Assembly (NCBI RefSeq): GCF_001194135.2
Contig: NC_069009.1
Span: 11,178,485-11,241,762, forward strand
From: Octopus bimaculoides
Lineage: Eukaryota
DNA length: 63,278 nt
Direction: 5' to 3'
Notes under the pieces: generated by a model
The model's input: only the letters and a program-made list of their open reading frames with translations
Told to the model about the DNA's origin: nothing
Databases searched by the model: none
Part shown: one piece after another, positions 51,271-63,278 of the stretch
Layout: each line of letters starts with the position of its first letter
Position numbering within the stretch: the first letter of the stretch is position 1
Made by a program: the position numbers and the translations under genes

Positions 51271-52144
51271 AGCAGTGGTCTTGATGAAGAAGACGGTGAT
51301 AATGTTCGAAGCCAGTAGTGATGAATATGATGATGAGGCAAGTGAGAAGAGAATATGGTGGTAGTGCTGGTGAGGAAAGTGCTTTTTTCTGCCGATGACG
51401 GTGTGATGTTGTTAATGTTTGTTATTCTAATAATGGTGGGGATTAGCATATTTACTGTGATAGCGAATATGGTATTAATGATGATGGTGGTGTTGATGTT
51501 TGCTGTTGACGATGATGCTGATGGCGTTGAAGATTGTGCTTCTGAAGGAAAAGAAGAAGCAGGAGGAGGAGGAGGAGTAAAAGAAGAAAAAAGCAGAAGT
51601 TGGAGGTTGAGGAGAAGGTGACGAAAGGAAGGAGAATAAAGGAGTAAAATATGATTTTGATGATGAAGAAGAAAAATAAGAAAAATAAAATATTACAGAA
51701 AGATGAGAAGGAAAATAAATGCTGGAAGAAAAAGGAGACGCAGAAGAGGAGAAAGAGGAGATAGAGGAGGAGGAGGAGATAGAGGAGGAGGAGGAGAAGG
51801 TAAAACTGGAAAGAAGATAAAGACGAAGTCGAAGAAGAAAAAGAACAAGATGGTGATGACGATGAAAATGATGATGATGATGATGATACTTATGATGAAG
51901 ATGTGAAAGTCGCAAAAGAGGGAAGATGAATAGAAGGAACCGGATGAGGAGAAGAAGCAAGAGGATGTGGCAAAGGAAGAAATGGAGGATTGGAGGAGGG
52001 CAAGTATAAGAAAAAGAAGAAAAAAGTAGAAAAGATGAAGCAGAAGTGGAAGTAGAAGAAACAGAAGAGTAGAACAACAACAACAACAACAATAACAACA
52101 ATAACAGAAACAAAACTAACAATAACAATGAATGTACAATATAT

Positions 52145-52220
52145 ATGAACAATATGTATGAACAATGTATGAACAATGAATGAACAATGAATGAACAATG
52201 TATGAACAATGTATGAACAA
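52145..52220. repeat. 11-bp minisatellite (tgaacaatgta / tgaacaatgaa)
   Basis: About 6-7 units read directly. Confidence 0.85.
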
Positions 52221-52568
52221 CATGGTTCTAAATATACATCTTGAAGCAATATTTGAGGATTTTATTTTATCTAGAGGTAAACACCTTACATCATATACAC
52301 ACAGACTAAACACATGCATATTAGCACACTTACCCGTACAAAGAGATATATAAATGCATACGCTAAATGTTTCATCCCAAGGATCACGCTCTCGTACGTC
52401 TCAAATCACAGAAATGTCCCCACGCTAACAGGCACAGATTCACAAACGATATAATGCATATTAGGAAAGACGGAAGTAAGGGCTTAAAAAGAAGTTTTGG
52501 GAGTATATTAGAGATTTAGAAAGACATCGTTGATCAAATACTATAAAAGATGACTGAGTCCAACTTAC

Positions 52569-52640
52569 AGATATGTTAATGCGGACAGATTTTTGAAGGA
52601 TTCTGCTTTGATTTCAGTAATATAATTATGACTCAAAAAC
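52569..52640 (-). CDS. LRR exon 4: FLSHNYITEIKAESFKNLSALTY
   Basis: tttcAG, 72 nt, GTaagt; open. Confidence 0.93.
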
Positions 52641-53251
52641 CTGAAACATGAAATTAAGGGAAGAACATTTATGGAGGAGATTTGTGACAGAAAATAAAAT
52701 ATCATGTCTAAACAAATAGATGATGGCAGAAAGGAAAGGAGATACGAACATGAAGATGAAGTATAAGAAAAAAGAAGAATGAGGGCGGGAAGAAAAAAGA
52801 AGACAAAAATGATACTGAAAACCTAGAATTAAAAGAAATGAAAGTAATTGAAATAAGTGAAAGTAAGAAATTAAAAGATGAAAAAGAAAGAATAGAAAAC
52901 GGGCAGAAAAAGAAGAAAAAGTAGTAGTATAAGTGCTGTAGTAGTGCTAGTAGTAGGAGTAGTGGTCGTAGTAGTAGTAGAAGTAGTAGTAGTAACGGAA
53001 GGCTTGCTGGAGTGTGTAACTGGAACAAGAAAGTTTGCGCAGAACACAAATTGTTATACATGCCACCGCGTATTCAGAGTCACACAGAGACACATATTTA
53101 CAGACACATAGAGACATTCAGCCATTTCTATCGGAAGAAAGTGAAAATCTAGGGAGGCATAAGGACGTGGTGCTAAAAATGATGGGAAAATTTAAAGGAC
53201 TAAGTTATATACTGTCAATGAAATATTATCATCAACACTTAGATAACTTAC

Positions 53252-53323
53252 AGTTTTTTTAAGCTGTGTAGGTCATGGAAGGCTCTTACTTCAATGTTTG
53301 TAATGTTATTACTTTGCAAATAT
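53252..53323 (-). CDS. LRR exon 3: YLQSNNITNIEVRAFHDLHSLKK
   Basis: ttcacAG, 72 nt, GTaagt; also at the end of ORF 53248-53508. Confidence 0.93.
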
Positions 53324-54952
53324 CTGTGAAATAAATTTAGAAAAATTAGAAGAGTTGCATAACATAAAATATTATGGCGAGACAAATACTTGGTGGAAGA
53401 TAAATAAAGTAGATGATAGTGATGATAATAGGATGGAAGATGAGGTGAAGGGGGAAGAGGAGGATGGAAGTGGTGATGGTTGTAGTGATGAAAATGGTGA
53501 TGAGGCAAAGTACAGGTGGATGATGGTTGGATTGACGAAGATAATGTTGCCGTTGTTGATGATGGTGATGGTGATGTTTGTGATGATGATATTGATGAGA
53601 ATACTTTCGTTTATGCTGACGGTGATTTTGATGATGATCGTGGCGCTGGAGATATTTTTGGTGAAGATGATGACGGATAGACCGATTACTATTATTCTGA
53701 CGATGGAAATATTTGTAGGTAATAATCCTTTATTTTGACTATGACGATGAAGCTAATGATGCCGGAAATGTAAAAATAAATGAACAGAAATACTTAGAAG
53801 AACAAGAAGAAAAGACTGAATGGAAGAGGGATAAAATGAAAGATATGCTGTTTATGTATGGTGATGTCAACAGAGAGAGAGAAGTCTGAAAAACGTCGAA
53901 GGCACACTTGTATGTGTGGTAAAGGAAGGAGTGCTGCATTGCATCAGGCAGGGTTGGGCGGAACACGAAATGTTATACATGTCAACATATTCACAGTCAC
54001 ACACTCACAGACTCACATATTGAGAGATGATGGCGATGGTAGTAATGAGGAGGTGTGTGGAGGTCGTGGTGGTGGTGGTTGTCGTGACAAATATGGCAAC
54101 GAGGCGAAGGACAGGAAGATGATGGTAGTGCTGATGAAGATAATGCTCCACTTAATGATGATGAAAATGATGTTTGTGATAATGATATTTGATAAGAATT
54201 CTTTGGTTGATGCTAGTGAGGATTTTGACGATAAATTCGATTCAGTTGATGTTTCTAGTGAAAATGATAACGAATAGATAGATGACTATAATTTTGACGG
54301 TGATGAAGATGATGGAAAGGATTGTGAGGTTGATAATATTGATGCTGGCGATCATCAATATAATGAGATTGTTCATGAAGAATTGAAAATAAGAAATAGC
54401 GGTAGAAACGTTATGTGAAATGTGTGACAACGTAAGGAACAAAGAGCAAATGAGGTCGGAGAAAAGTTTGAAGCGAAGAGGACAATTAAAAGGGATGTAG
54501 GAGAGAGAAGGGACGAGGGGACGGGTGTGGAAGATCGAGAAGAAAAGAAACAGCAGCGACATCAAAAAGCAGGAGAGAATCACAAGGAGAAGAAGGAGGA
54601 AGTCGAATACTTAACGTGCAAAGGCCAGAAATGGCATCAATTAAAGAAGAAACGCAAAACGAAGAAGGAGAATATGAAAAGAAAGACGAGGAAGGTGAGA
54701 AAATGGTGATGAAGAAAAAGAGGAATTAGAAGATGAAGAAGATGAAGATGAAGAAGAACAACTACAACAATAACAACATCAACAACAAGGAAAAAAACGA
54801 TATCTACAACGAGAACAACCACATGAAGTAGAAGTAGGAGAAACATAGGATGGGAATCAGTGGTGATGGAGACATAAACAGCCCACATGATATTCAGTCA
54901 GAATTACACATAAACTTTGACACTCTAGCATACACATATCCTTACATAAAGA

Positions 54953-54989
<37 letters not shown>

Positions 54990-55310
54990 NNNNNNNNNNA
55001 TATAAAAGAACGTTTACACTAATTTTTAAAACTAATTGTCACATACGCATATATTCCTAAAATGATGAATGGGCCCTCGTTCACATTCACAGACATTAAC
55101 AACCATTCAAAATTTGGACAGAGACAGATTTTACACGTATACAGAGACATTTACATCCATGCACTAACTGTTTCCCTTGAACGATGGTGCTCTCATGTTA
55201 CTAAGAAGTGGGCTGACACAAACGCAGTCATAAAAGATAAAACACATCTTTGGAAAGAGAGGTGAAGGTGCTTGGATTGAAGGATGGACAGATATTACTG
55301 ATTTAGAAAT

Positions 55311-55696
55311 TGTTGTTGGCACTTCGTTCGTCGCCTACGACGTTGAGGTTTCCAGTTGATCCGATCAACGAAACAGCCTGCTCGTGAAGTTAACGTCCAA
55401 GTGGCTGAGCACTCCACAAACACGTGTACCCTTAACGTAGTTCTCGGGGGTATTTAGCGTGACACAGTGTGACAAGGCTGACCTTTGAATTACAGGCACA
55501 ATAGAAACAGGAAGTAAGAGTGAGAGAAAGTTGTGGTGAAAGAATACAGCAGGGTTCAACACCATCTCCTGTCGGATCCTCGTAGAGCTTTAGGGGTTTT
55601 CGCTCAATAAACACTCACAACGCCCGGTCTGGGAATCGAAACCACGATCCTATGACCGCCAGTCCGCTGCGCTAACCACTGGGCCATTGCGCCTCC
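55311..55696 (-). mobile_element. tRNA-derived SINE of the same family as 34896-35260, inverted
   Basis: The reverse complement begins ggaggcgcaatggcccagtggttagcgcagcggact...ggtttcgattcccagaccgggcg. It interrupts the conserved donor-side intron motif atttagaaat. Confidence 0.9.
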
Positions 55697-56489
55697 ATGA
55701 TTTACAAATGCATCATTANNNNNNNNNNNNNNNNNNNNNNNNNNNNNNNNNNNNNNNNNNNNNNNNNNNNNNNNNNNNNNNNNNNNNNNNNNNNNNNNNN
55801 NNNNNNNNNNNNNNNNNNNNNNNNNNNNNNNNNNNNNNNNNNNNNNNNNNNNNNNNNNNNNNNNNNNNNNNNNNNNNNNNNNNNNNNNNNNNNNNNNNNN
55901 NNNNNNNNNNNNNNNNNNNNNNNNNNNNNNNNNNNNNNNNNNNNNNNNNNNNNNNNNNNNNNNNNNNNNNNNNNNNNNNNNNNNNNNNNNNNNNNNNNNN
56001 NNNNNNNNNNNNNNNNNNNNNNNNNNNNNNNNNNNNNNNNNNNNNNNNNNNNNNNNNNNNNNNNNNNNNNNNNNNNNNNNNNNNNNNNNNNNNNNNNNNN
56101 NNNNNNNNNNNNNNNNNNNNNNNNNNNNNNNNNNNNNNNNNNNNNNNNNNNNNNNNNNNNNNNNNNNNNNNNNNNNNNNNNNNNNNNNNNNNNNNNNNNN
56201 NNNNNNNNNNNNNNNNNNNNNNNNNNNNNNNATACAATGTTATTGATGAAGAACTAGACAATGTTTAGGATTCTGAAAGATACAAAAGAAAATGAGAATG
56301 GACAAAGTCGTCGATTATTATCTTGGCAGATATGGGGGTGATTTACATGGTAACGTTACTTCTAACCAATGAGAGCATTCATTCATTATACCGTTCACTT
56401 TGATTTTTTTTCTTTGTCCCAGTGTTATCTGAGCGCTTTCACCTGTAATCCTATTTTATTTTCTTGCTTAACAAAATTATAAAATGACC

Positions 56490-56527
<38 letters not shown>

Positions 56528-58359
56528 GGGACAAAATCCAAAATTACAGTTAAAAACTCAATTAAAATCAATTTATAAAAAAAATTAATTAAATTGAGCT
56601 TTACAGAGTAAAATATATACAAATATATAGTTTTAGGGAAAATAACCAAGTTTCAAGAACTCATCGATGAAAATCCACTATCACATATAGAAAAATTAAT
56701 AATTAAAAGCACAATAAATGAGTATAATGTAATACAAAGTAAATGTCATAAGATAAAGATAATAAAATGACTATACGTGTTTCATAAATAATTTTCAAAT
56801 AGAAAAGAAATTTAAATCGATTAAAATTAATTAAAATTATCGGAAATTAATTCTATTCAAAAATACAGTTAATCGTCAGGTATAAATACAACAATAATAA
56901 TAATAAATAAATGTATATATCCACCAACAATAAGTACCAAATGAATTTATATAAAATACTTATTTTATAAAAATATTATTAAAAATATCAAAATGACAAA
57001 CATTCTATAATCATCCCTACATCCATTATAATATATGCTAACATGTATATTATATACAAAAACCAGCTTACATAAATTATTATCGTTTTAAATACAATTT
57101 GAACGAAGTTTAAGATTAAAATAATAATAAAGATAATATTAGTNNNNNNNNNNNNNNNNNNNNNNNNNNNNNNNNNNNNNNNNNNNNNNNNNNNNNNNNN
57201 NNNNNNNNNNNNNNNNNNNNNNNNNNNNNNNNNNNNNNNNNNNNNNNNNNNNNNNNNNNNNNNNNNNNNNNNNNNNNNNNNNNNNNNNNNNNNNNNNNNN
57301 NNNNNNNNNNNNNNNNNNNNNNNNNNNNNNNNNNNNNNNNNNNNNNNNNNNNNNNNNNNNNNNNNNNNNNNNNNNNNNNNNNNNNNNNNNNNNNNNNNNN
57401 NNNNNNNNNNNNNNNNNNNNNNNNNNNNNNNNNNNNNNNNNNNNNNNNNNNNNNNNNNNNNNNNNNNNNNNNNNNNNNNNNNNNNNNNNNNNNNNNNNNN
57501 NNNNNNNNNNNNNNNNNNNNNNNNNNNNNNNNNNNNNNNNNNNNNNNNNNNNNNNNNNNNNNNNNNNNNNNNNNNNNNNNNNNNNNNNNNNNNNNNNNNN
57601 NNNNNNNNNNNNNNNNNNNNNNNNNNNNNNNNNNNNNNNNNNNNNNNNNNNNNNNNNNNNNNNNNNNNNNNNNNNNNNNNNNNNNNNNNNNNNNNNNNNN
57701 NNNNNNNNNNNNNNNNNNNNNNNNNNNNNNNNNNNNNNNNNNNNNNNNNNNNNNNNNNNNNNNNNNNNNNNNNNNNNNNNNNNNNNNNNNNNNNNNNNNN
57801 NNNNNNNNNNNNNNNNNNNNNNNNNNNNNNNNNNNNNNNNNNNNNNNNNNNNNNNNNNNNNNNNNNNNNNNNNNNNNNNNNNNNNNNNNNNNNNNNNNNN
57901 NNNNNNNNNNNNNNNNNCAAACATTCTATAATCATCCCTACATCCATTATAATATATGCTAACATGTATATTATATACAAAAACCAGCTTACATAAATTA
58001 TTATCGTTTTAAATACAATTTGAACGAAGTTTAAGATTAAAATAATAATAAAGATAATATTAGTACATATTTAACCGGTGTAACAGTTAAAGCTAGACTA
58101 TTTAAGACTAAAAACGTTTATTTAATTATCATTAAAAAATCAATTGAATAATAGAAAAAATACAAAGAATACTTATTTCTACAAACGTAGAATTAAAATA
58201 AAAATATGAATGAAAAAATTATGAATGAAAAAATTAAGAATGAAAAAAATTATTATGAATGAAAGATTATATATATATATATACGCACACACACACNNNN
58301 NNNNNNGAATGGCAACAAAAGAAAGAAAGAGACCTCGATATTATACAAATCGAGGAATG

Positions 58360-58702
58360 TATCTGTAAAAATATATGACACTTATTCAGTAGCCATGATA
58401 AAACTCCGACTTTCCGATGCCCGGGCGGTGTTCTGCTCCAACCATCTCTTCAGTTATCCACCCACCGGAGATTCTATTTGAAAAATTACCGTTATGGAAA
58501 CAAAAACAAAGGGAAATAAGGGAAATTACTTATTTCCCCTGCTTATTTTCCTTTGTTTTTGTTTCCATAACGGTTATATTTCAAATAGAATATCCGGTGG
58601 CTGGATAAATGAAGAGATGGTTGGAGCGGAACACCGCCCGGGCATCGGAAACTCGGAGTTTTATTATGGCTACTGAATAAGTGTCACATATTTTTACAGA
58701 TA
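58360..58702. mobile_element. Foldback (near-perfect palindromic) element with arms of about 160 bp
   Basis: atctgtaaaaatatatgacacttattcagtagccatg... is mirrored by ...tatggctactgaataagtgtcacatatttttacagat; the loop is about 21 nt and itself partly self-complementary. Confidence 0.9.
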
Positions 58703-58715
58703 TATATATATATAT

Positions 58716-59076
58716 ATTGTCTCACAGAATAAACTGTCACAAAAACTCAGGTGAGTTGTAAAATTATCTCTGCTTATAAAGATTACCAGAGTCAAGCCAA
58801 TTTGTCACAGTTTCACAGTTATAGATAACACCTAACTTAGCCTATTTTGACAAGGGATTCATCCTGGCCTTACAGTGCAGCATGAAAAATGGTTTACCTG
58901 TTTAACTTAACATGATACATTATAATTTGGTAACGCTATATATATGGAGAAAGTTAGCTGTTATTATCTATAATTGTGAAACTGTGACAAATTGGCTTGA
59001 CTCTGGCAATCTTTATAAGCAGAGATACTTTTACAACTCACCTCCGTTTTTGTGACAGTTTATTCTGTGGGACAAT
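58716..59076. mobile_element. MITE-like element with roughly 125-bp inverted arms and a roughly 110-bp spacer
   Basis: Arms 58716-58838 and 58951-59076 (attgtctcacagaataaactgtcacaaaaac... / ...gtttttgtgacagtttattctgtgggacaat). Confidence 0.88.
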
Positions 59077-59920
59077 GTTATCGCTACGTATTAACTGCAT
59101 TGAATCTTGCGACTAGGTGTCCAGAGGCAATTCCGTTGAAAGAAGTTTCTGTAACTACTGCAGCTGATGCATTCGGTTTCCCAAAAGAAATTCAGTCAGA
59201 TCAGGGATCAATGTCATGTCAAGTGTGCTCCAGATATTGATGTTTAAGTTAGGGATCAAAGAGCTTCGTTCTACAGCGTATCCCCCACAACCACAGGGAG
59301 CCTTAGAACGTTACCACTAAGTGTTGAAGAATATGTTGCGGACTTGTTGTTTGGAACATGTGGAGGATTGGGATCATAGTGTCCCTCCAGTATTGTTAGC
59401 AAATGGGTAAGTTCTCATGGGGACTTTAGGGGTCGCTAGCTTTGATATGATCCATGCCTATCACGTGGGAAGACCCTTACAAGTACTAAAAGATAGTTGG
59501 TTGAATAGGGATAACATTGCAACCGAGTTTAATCTGATTGACTATATTTCTGAGATTAAGGAGAGATTGCGCTCCGCAGTTAATACTGCACGTGTCAACT
59601 TAGAATCTAGTCAGAAACAATTAAATCCAAAAGCGTAGTTTTCCCCTTGAAAGTAAGTTGTTAGCTCTACTTCCGGTACCAGGTAGTCCCTTGAAGTCTA
59701 GATTTTCTGGACCTTACAAAATTGTTAAACAACTTAATTTGGATTATGTGATTGAAACTCCGGATCATAGAAAGAGACAACAAACTTGTCATGTCAACAT
59801 GTTAAAACCATTCTATGAAAGAGGTGTTAAATCCAAGTCCATTAATGCTGTTATGCCGGTCAGGGACAAATTAGTTGATGAGGAAACTCAGGAAGATAGC
59901 GAACTTAGTTTGTCCACTTA
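59077..59920 (+). mobile_element. Gypsy integrase remnant, possibly followed by an LTR-like segment to about 60809
   Basis: YVLT....ATRCPEAIPL, FGFPKEIQSDQGS, STAYPPQPQGALERYH and RFSGPYKIVKQL..YVIETPD...CHVNMLKPF. The downstream segment ends in ...agatcgtaaca. Confidence 0.85.
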
Positions 59921-60978
59921 AAATAATTTCTGTGTCACATCTCGGTGAGTACAAAAAATCTGTTAAGTTATATTATTTCATAATATTTATGTCAAATTTG
60001 AACCCTGCATTTGTGGCAGGTTGTGTAGTAATTTTGCCAGCTATTTTCTGTTAAGATAAATGTTAAAATTTGTATAAATAGCTAAAGGGTGTATGAATTT
60101 AAATTTTTCATGTAGCCAATTTTCGTATTAGACAACTAACTGTACATTTTGTCTAATGGTTACTCAGCATGCTTGTATGAAGCTGTTTTGTGTGAATTTA
60201 AAACAAACTAGCTTTTTGTTTGACTATTTAATGTTTTAGTGATAATTATTGATTTAGTCTGGCAGCCGTTTTGTGTCATGAACTTTTGGTCTATATGGTT
60301 GCTTTGACATTAGATTCAATTATGGTTAGGCCCAAGGTTCGAAACCGAAGGTTGAACACCGAATTGATAGAAGACAGATGTTATGACATTCCAAGGTTCG
60401 AAATCCACTGTTCGACATACACTGTTCGAAATCTGAGTTTCAAAAACCGAATTTGTAGTAAAATGGAAATCCACATTTTATGAAATCCAAATATTTGGAA
60501 GGCACGTTTTGAAAAACCAAATTTGTGAGGCCAGGTTTTATGTGAGGCCAATTTTGGTGAAACCAAAAACCGGGATTTTGGAGTTCGAATTCTGAACTGT
60601 ATATATGTTCCATTTGTACATATTTTGACTGTACGTTTGGTGTAGCATTTGCTTTATGTTCGTGTACATATTTGTTTTGTATGTAAGCTGTTTTTATGCT
60701 GACTATTGTTAATAATGTTTTAGTAAAAATTCATGGTGTGTTATTGTTTTGGGTTCACGCTATCCTCGTTGATTCTGTAACTTCGGGTTATGGCCACCAG
60801 ATCGTAACACTCATTTCATTTCCGCGTCTATTGTCAAACTCTCAATAACACACACTTTGGATAGAGTGATAGCAAAAGTAAGGGTGAGTGAGAGAGATTT
60901 CAATAAAGCATGGGAAGTCTTATATATATAGAAATATATCGTCAATGAAATATTTTAAATAAGACCGATTCCACTTAC

Positions 60979-61050
60979 AGTTTTGTTAAGCTGAAAAGAT
61001 TTTGGAATGTTTCGCTTTTGATTTCTTTGATATCATTAGCACCTAAATTC
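60979..61050 (-). CDS. LRR exon 2: NLGANDIKEIKSETFQNLFSLTK
   Basis: tttgacAG, 72 nt, GTaagt; also at the end of ORF 60975-61439. Confidence 0.93.
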
Positions 61051-62002
61051 CTGTCAAATAAAATAGAATTTGTAAGGAACTGCTTGTAGAAAAAAACAAA
61101 GAAAAAGAAATCAGGAAGTTGTGATGTGAAAGAAATTATAAACATACGGACTGAAAAGTGTTTAAAATTTGGAAATATGGTGAGGTAAGGGGAAGAGAAT
61201 AAAAAGAAGACGGAAAAGAGGTAGAAAGAGAAGGTTGTGGTGGAGTAGAAAGAGAACAAAGAGAAGAAGGAAAAGAAAAAAAACAGAGCGAAGGACAAAT
61301 ACGACAAAAGCAACAATAAGCAAAATGTTAAGAGGTTGCGGAGTAACGAGAATGCGAAAGATAATAGCAAATGCAGTACGATGAAATGTAAAAGAAGGTA
61401 AAAAAGAGGAAAAGGCAATGAGGAAAGAAGGGAGCACAAGATGGGGGTAATAAAACAATTAAATCTGTAGAAGAATTAAATGAAGAGAGAGAAGAATGAA
61501 AGAAGGAAAAGAAGGAAAATAAAAGAAAGAAAATCAAGGGGAGCAACAGAAGAAGAAAAGGAAGAAGAAGAAGAAGAAGAAGAAGAAGAAGAAGAAGAAG
61601 AAGAAGAAGAAGAAGAAGAAGAAGAAGAAGAAGAAGAAGAATGAAGGGGAGAAGAAGGAGGAGAAGAAGCAGGAGGAGAAGAAGGAGGATGAGAAGAAGG
61701 AGGAAGAGGAGAAGAAGGAGGAAAAGTAGACGAAGAAAGAGAAGAAGACGAAGAAGGAGGAGGAGGTGAAGAATGAGGAGGAGAAAAGGCTAAAGGAGGA
61801 GAAGAACAACAACAACAGCAACGATAAGAACCACATTAAGTAGAAGAATTCGGAGGAAAGTTTTGGATGGTAATCAGTGCTGAGGGAGACATAAGCAGCC
61901 TACATGATATACAGACGGAATTGCACATATATTTTGGTACATTACCTTGCATATATCCTTATATAAAGTGACATATATGTATATATGTGTATATATATAT
62001 AG

Positions 62003-62113
<111 letters not shown>

Positions 62114-62490
62114 TGTGTGTGTGGGTGTATATATATATATATATATANNNNNNNNNNNNNNNNNNNNNNNNNNNNNNNNNNNNNNNNNNNNNNNNNNNNN
62201 NNNNNNNNNNNNNNNNNNNNNNNNNNNNNNNNNNNNNNNNNNNNNNNNNNNNNNNNNNNNNNNNNNNNNNNNNNNNNNNNNNNNNNNNNNNNNNNNNNNN
62301 NNNNNNNNNNNNNNNNNNNNNNNNNNNNNNNNNNNNNNNNNNNNNNNNNNNNNNNNNNNNNNNNNNNNNNNNNNNNNNNNNNNNNNNNNNNNNNNNNNNN
62401 NNNNNNNNNNNNNNNNNNNNNNNNNNNNNNNNNNNNNNNNNNNNNNNNNNNNNNNNNNNNNNNNNNNNNNNNNNNNNNNNNNNNNNNNNN

Positions 62491-62522
<32 letters not shown>

Positions 62523-62867
62523 GAACACGTTTACACTATTTTTTTACACTAACTGTCAAACACTCATATATTCCAAATACTAGGAATTGGCCCTCACTTA
62601 CATTCACAGACATTAACAAGCATACAAACTTTGAACAGAGGCTGATTTTACACATATACAGAAACATGTACATCCCCTGAACGATGGTGCTCTCATATTT
62701 CCCATAACTAAAAAATGGGCTGTCACTCACAAACGCAGATTAATAAAAGGTAAAACACATCTCTGGAAAGACCGGGGGGGGGAGCTTCAAGTGAAGGATG
62801 GAAAGATCTAACAGATTTAGAAATATATCGTTAATGAAATACAATAAAAACGATTGAATCAACTTAC

Positions 62868-62939
62868 AGTTCTTTTAGATTGGACAAATTTCGGAAGCTG
62901 CCTGCTGCGATTTCTTTGATATCATTATATGTCAAGTAT
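62868..62939 (-). CDS. LRR exon 1 (most 5' in the window): YLTYNDIKEIAAGSFRNLSNLKE
   Basis: gttgcAG, 72 nt, GTaagt; open. The intron module continues to the window edge, so the array probably extends further. Confidence 0.93.
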
Positions 62940-63278
62940 CTGCAACATAAAGTTGAGCTAATAAGGAATTGCGTCGAGTGTATTTGGCTGAACAATTAGA
63001 CGATGGAAGAGATGGAAATGGGATCTTGGTGATGAATAATTCCTTGAAGATGATGTTGATGATAATGATGATGGTGATAATGATGCAGTGGAGATAGACG
63101 TGGAGGGGAGAAAGAAGACGTGGAGGACCAGGTGGAGGATAATAATGGAGATGGAAGCACTTTGAAAATTCACGAATTTATTTCCGGATCACCTTGATTT
63201 AATCCTTATATCTTTCTTCATTCGTCTCCATTCAGGTTTTATCATTTTTGGAATTCGTATATATATATATATATATAT

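Noticed and set aside
56988-58064. Direct repeat of about 145 bp on both sides of a 774-N gap (56998-57143 / 57918-58064); likewise a 37-bp repeat around the 10-N gap at 23408-23417.
   Set aside because: Identical sequence flanking a gap is the usual sign of unmerged contig overlap.

Overview
This is repeat-rich, AT-rich animal genomic DNA with many assembly gaps. The SINEs and microsatellite make-up resemble octopus/coleoid repeats as I recall them, so the organism is an inference. The main hidden feature, invisible in the ORF track, is a minus-strand leucine-rich-repeat (LRR) locus. It has 22 separate 72-nt exons (9776-62939), each with canonical AG/GT sites, phase 2-2 and no stop codons, and each encodes one 24-aa LRR. 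A four-cysteine LRRCT cap exon follows (3517-3691). Most exons were duplicated together with a 1-2.6 kb intron module (conserved flanks, degenerate GAT tract, GAA tract, CA/TA tract). Among the six most similar copies, variation is concentrated at concave-face x positions of LxxLxLxxN. A roughly 3 kb block carrying the penultimate LRR exon is present twice (about 9.2-12.8 kb and 28.4-30.9 kb), so this is either one very long LRR gene or two tandem paralogues; a 100-N gap leaves this unresolved. No 5' exon (signal peptide or LRRNT) is visible. The introns contain decayed mariner, Tc1/maT, Gypsy, R4/Dong-like, Tx1/L1-like and Penelope-like elements, SINEs, MITEs and foldbacks, and a Helitron fragment lies at the left edge. 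Exons are numbered 1-22 in transcription order (high to low coordinate). All translations and alignments were done by eye.
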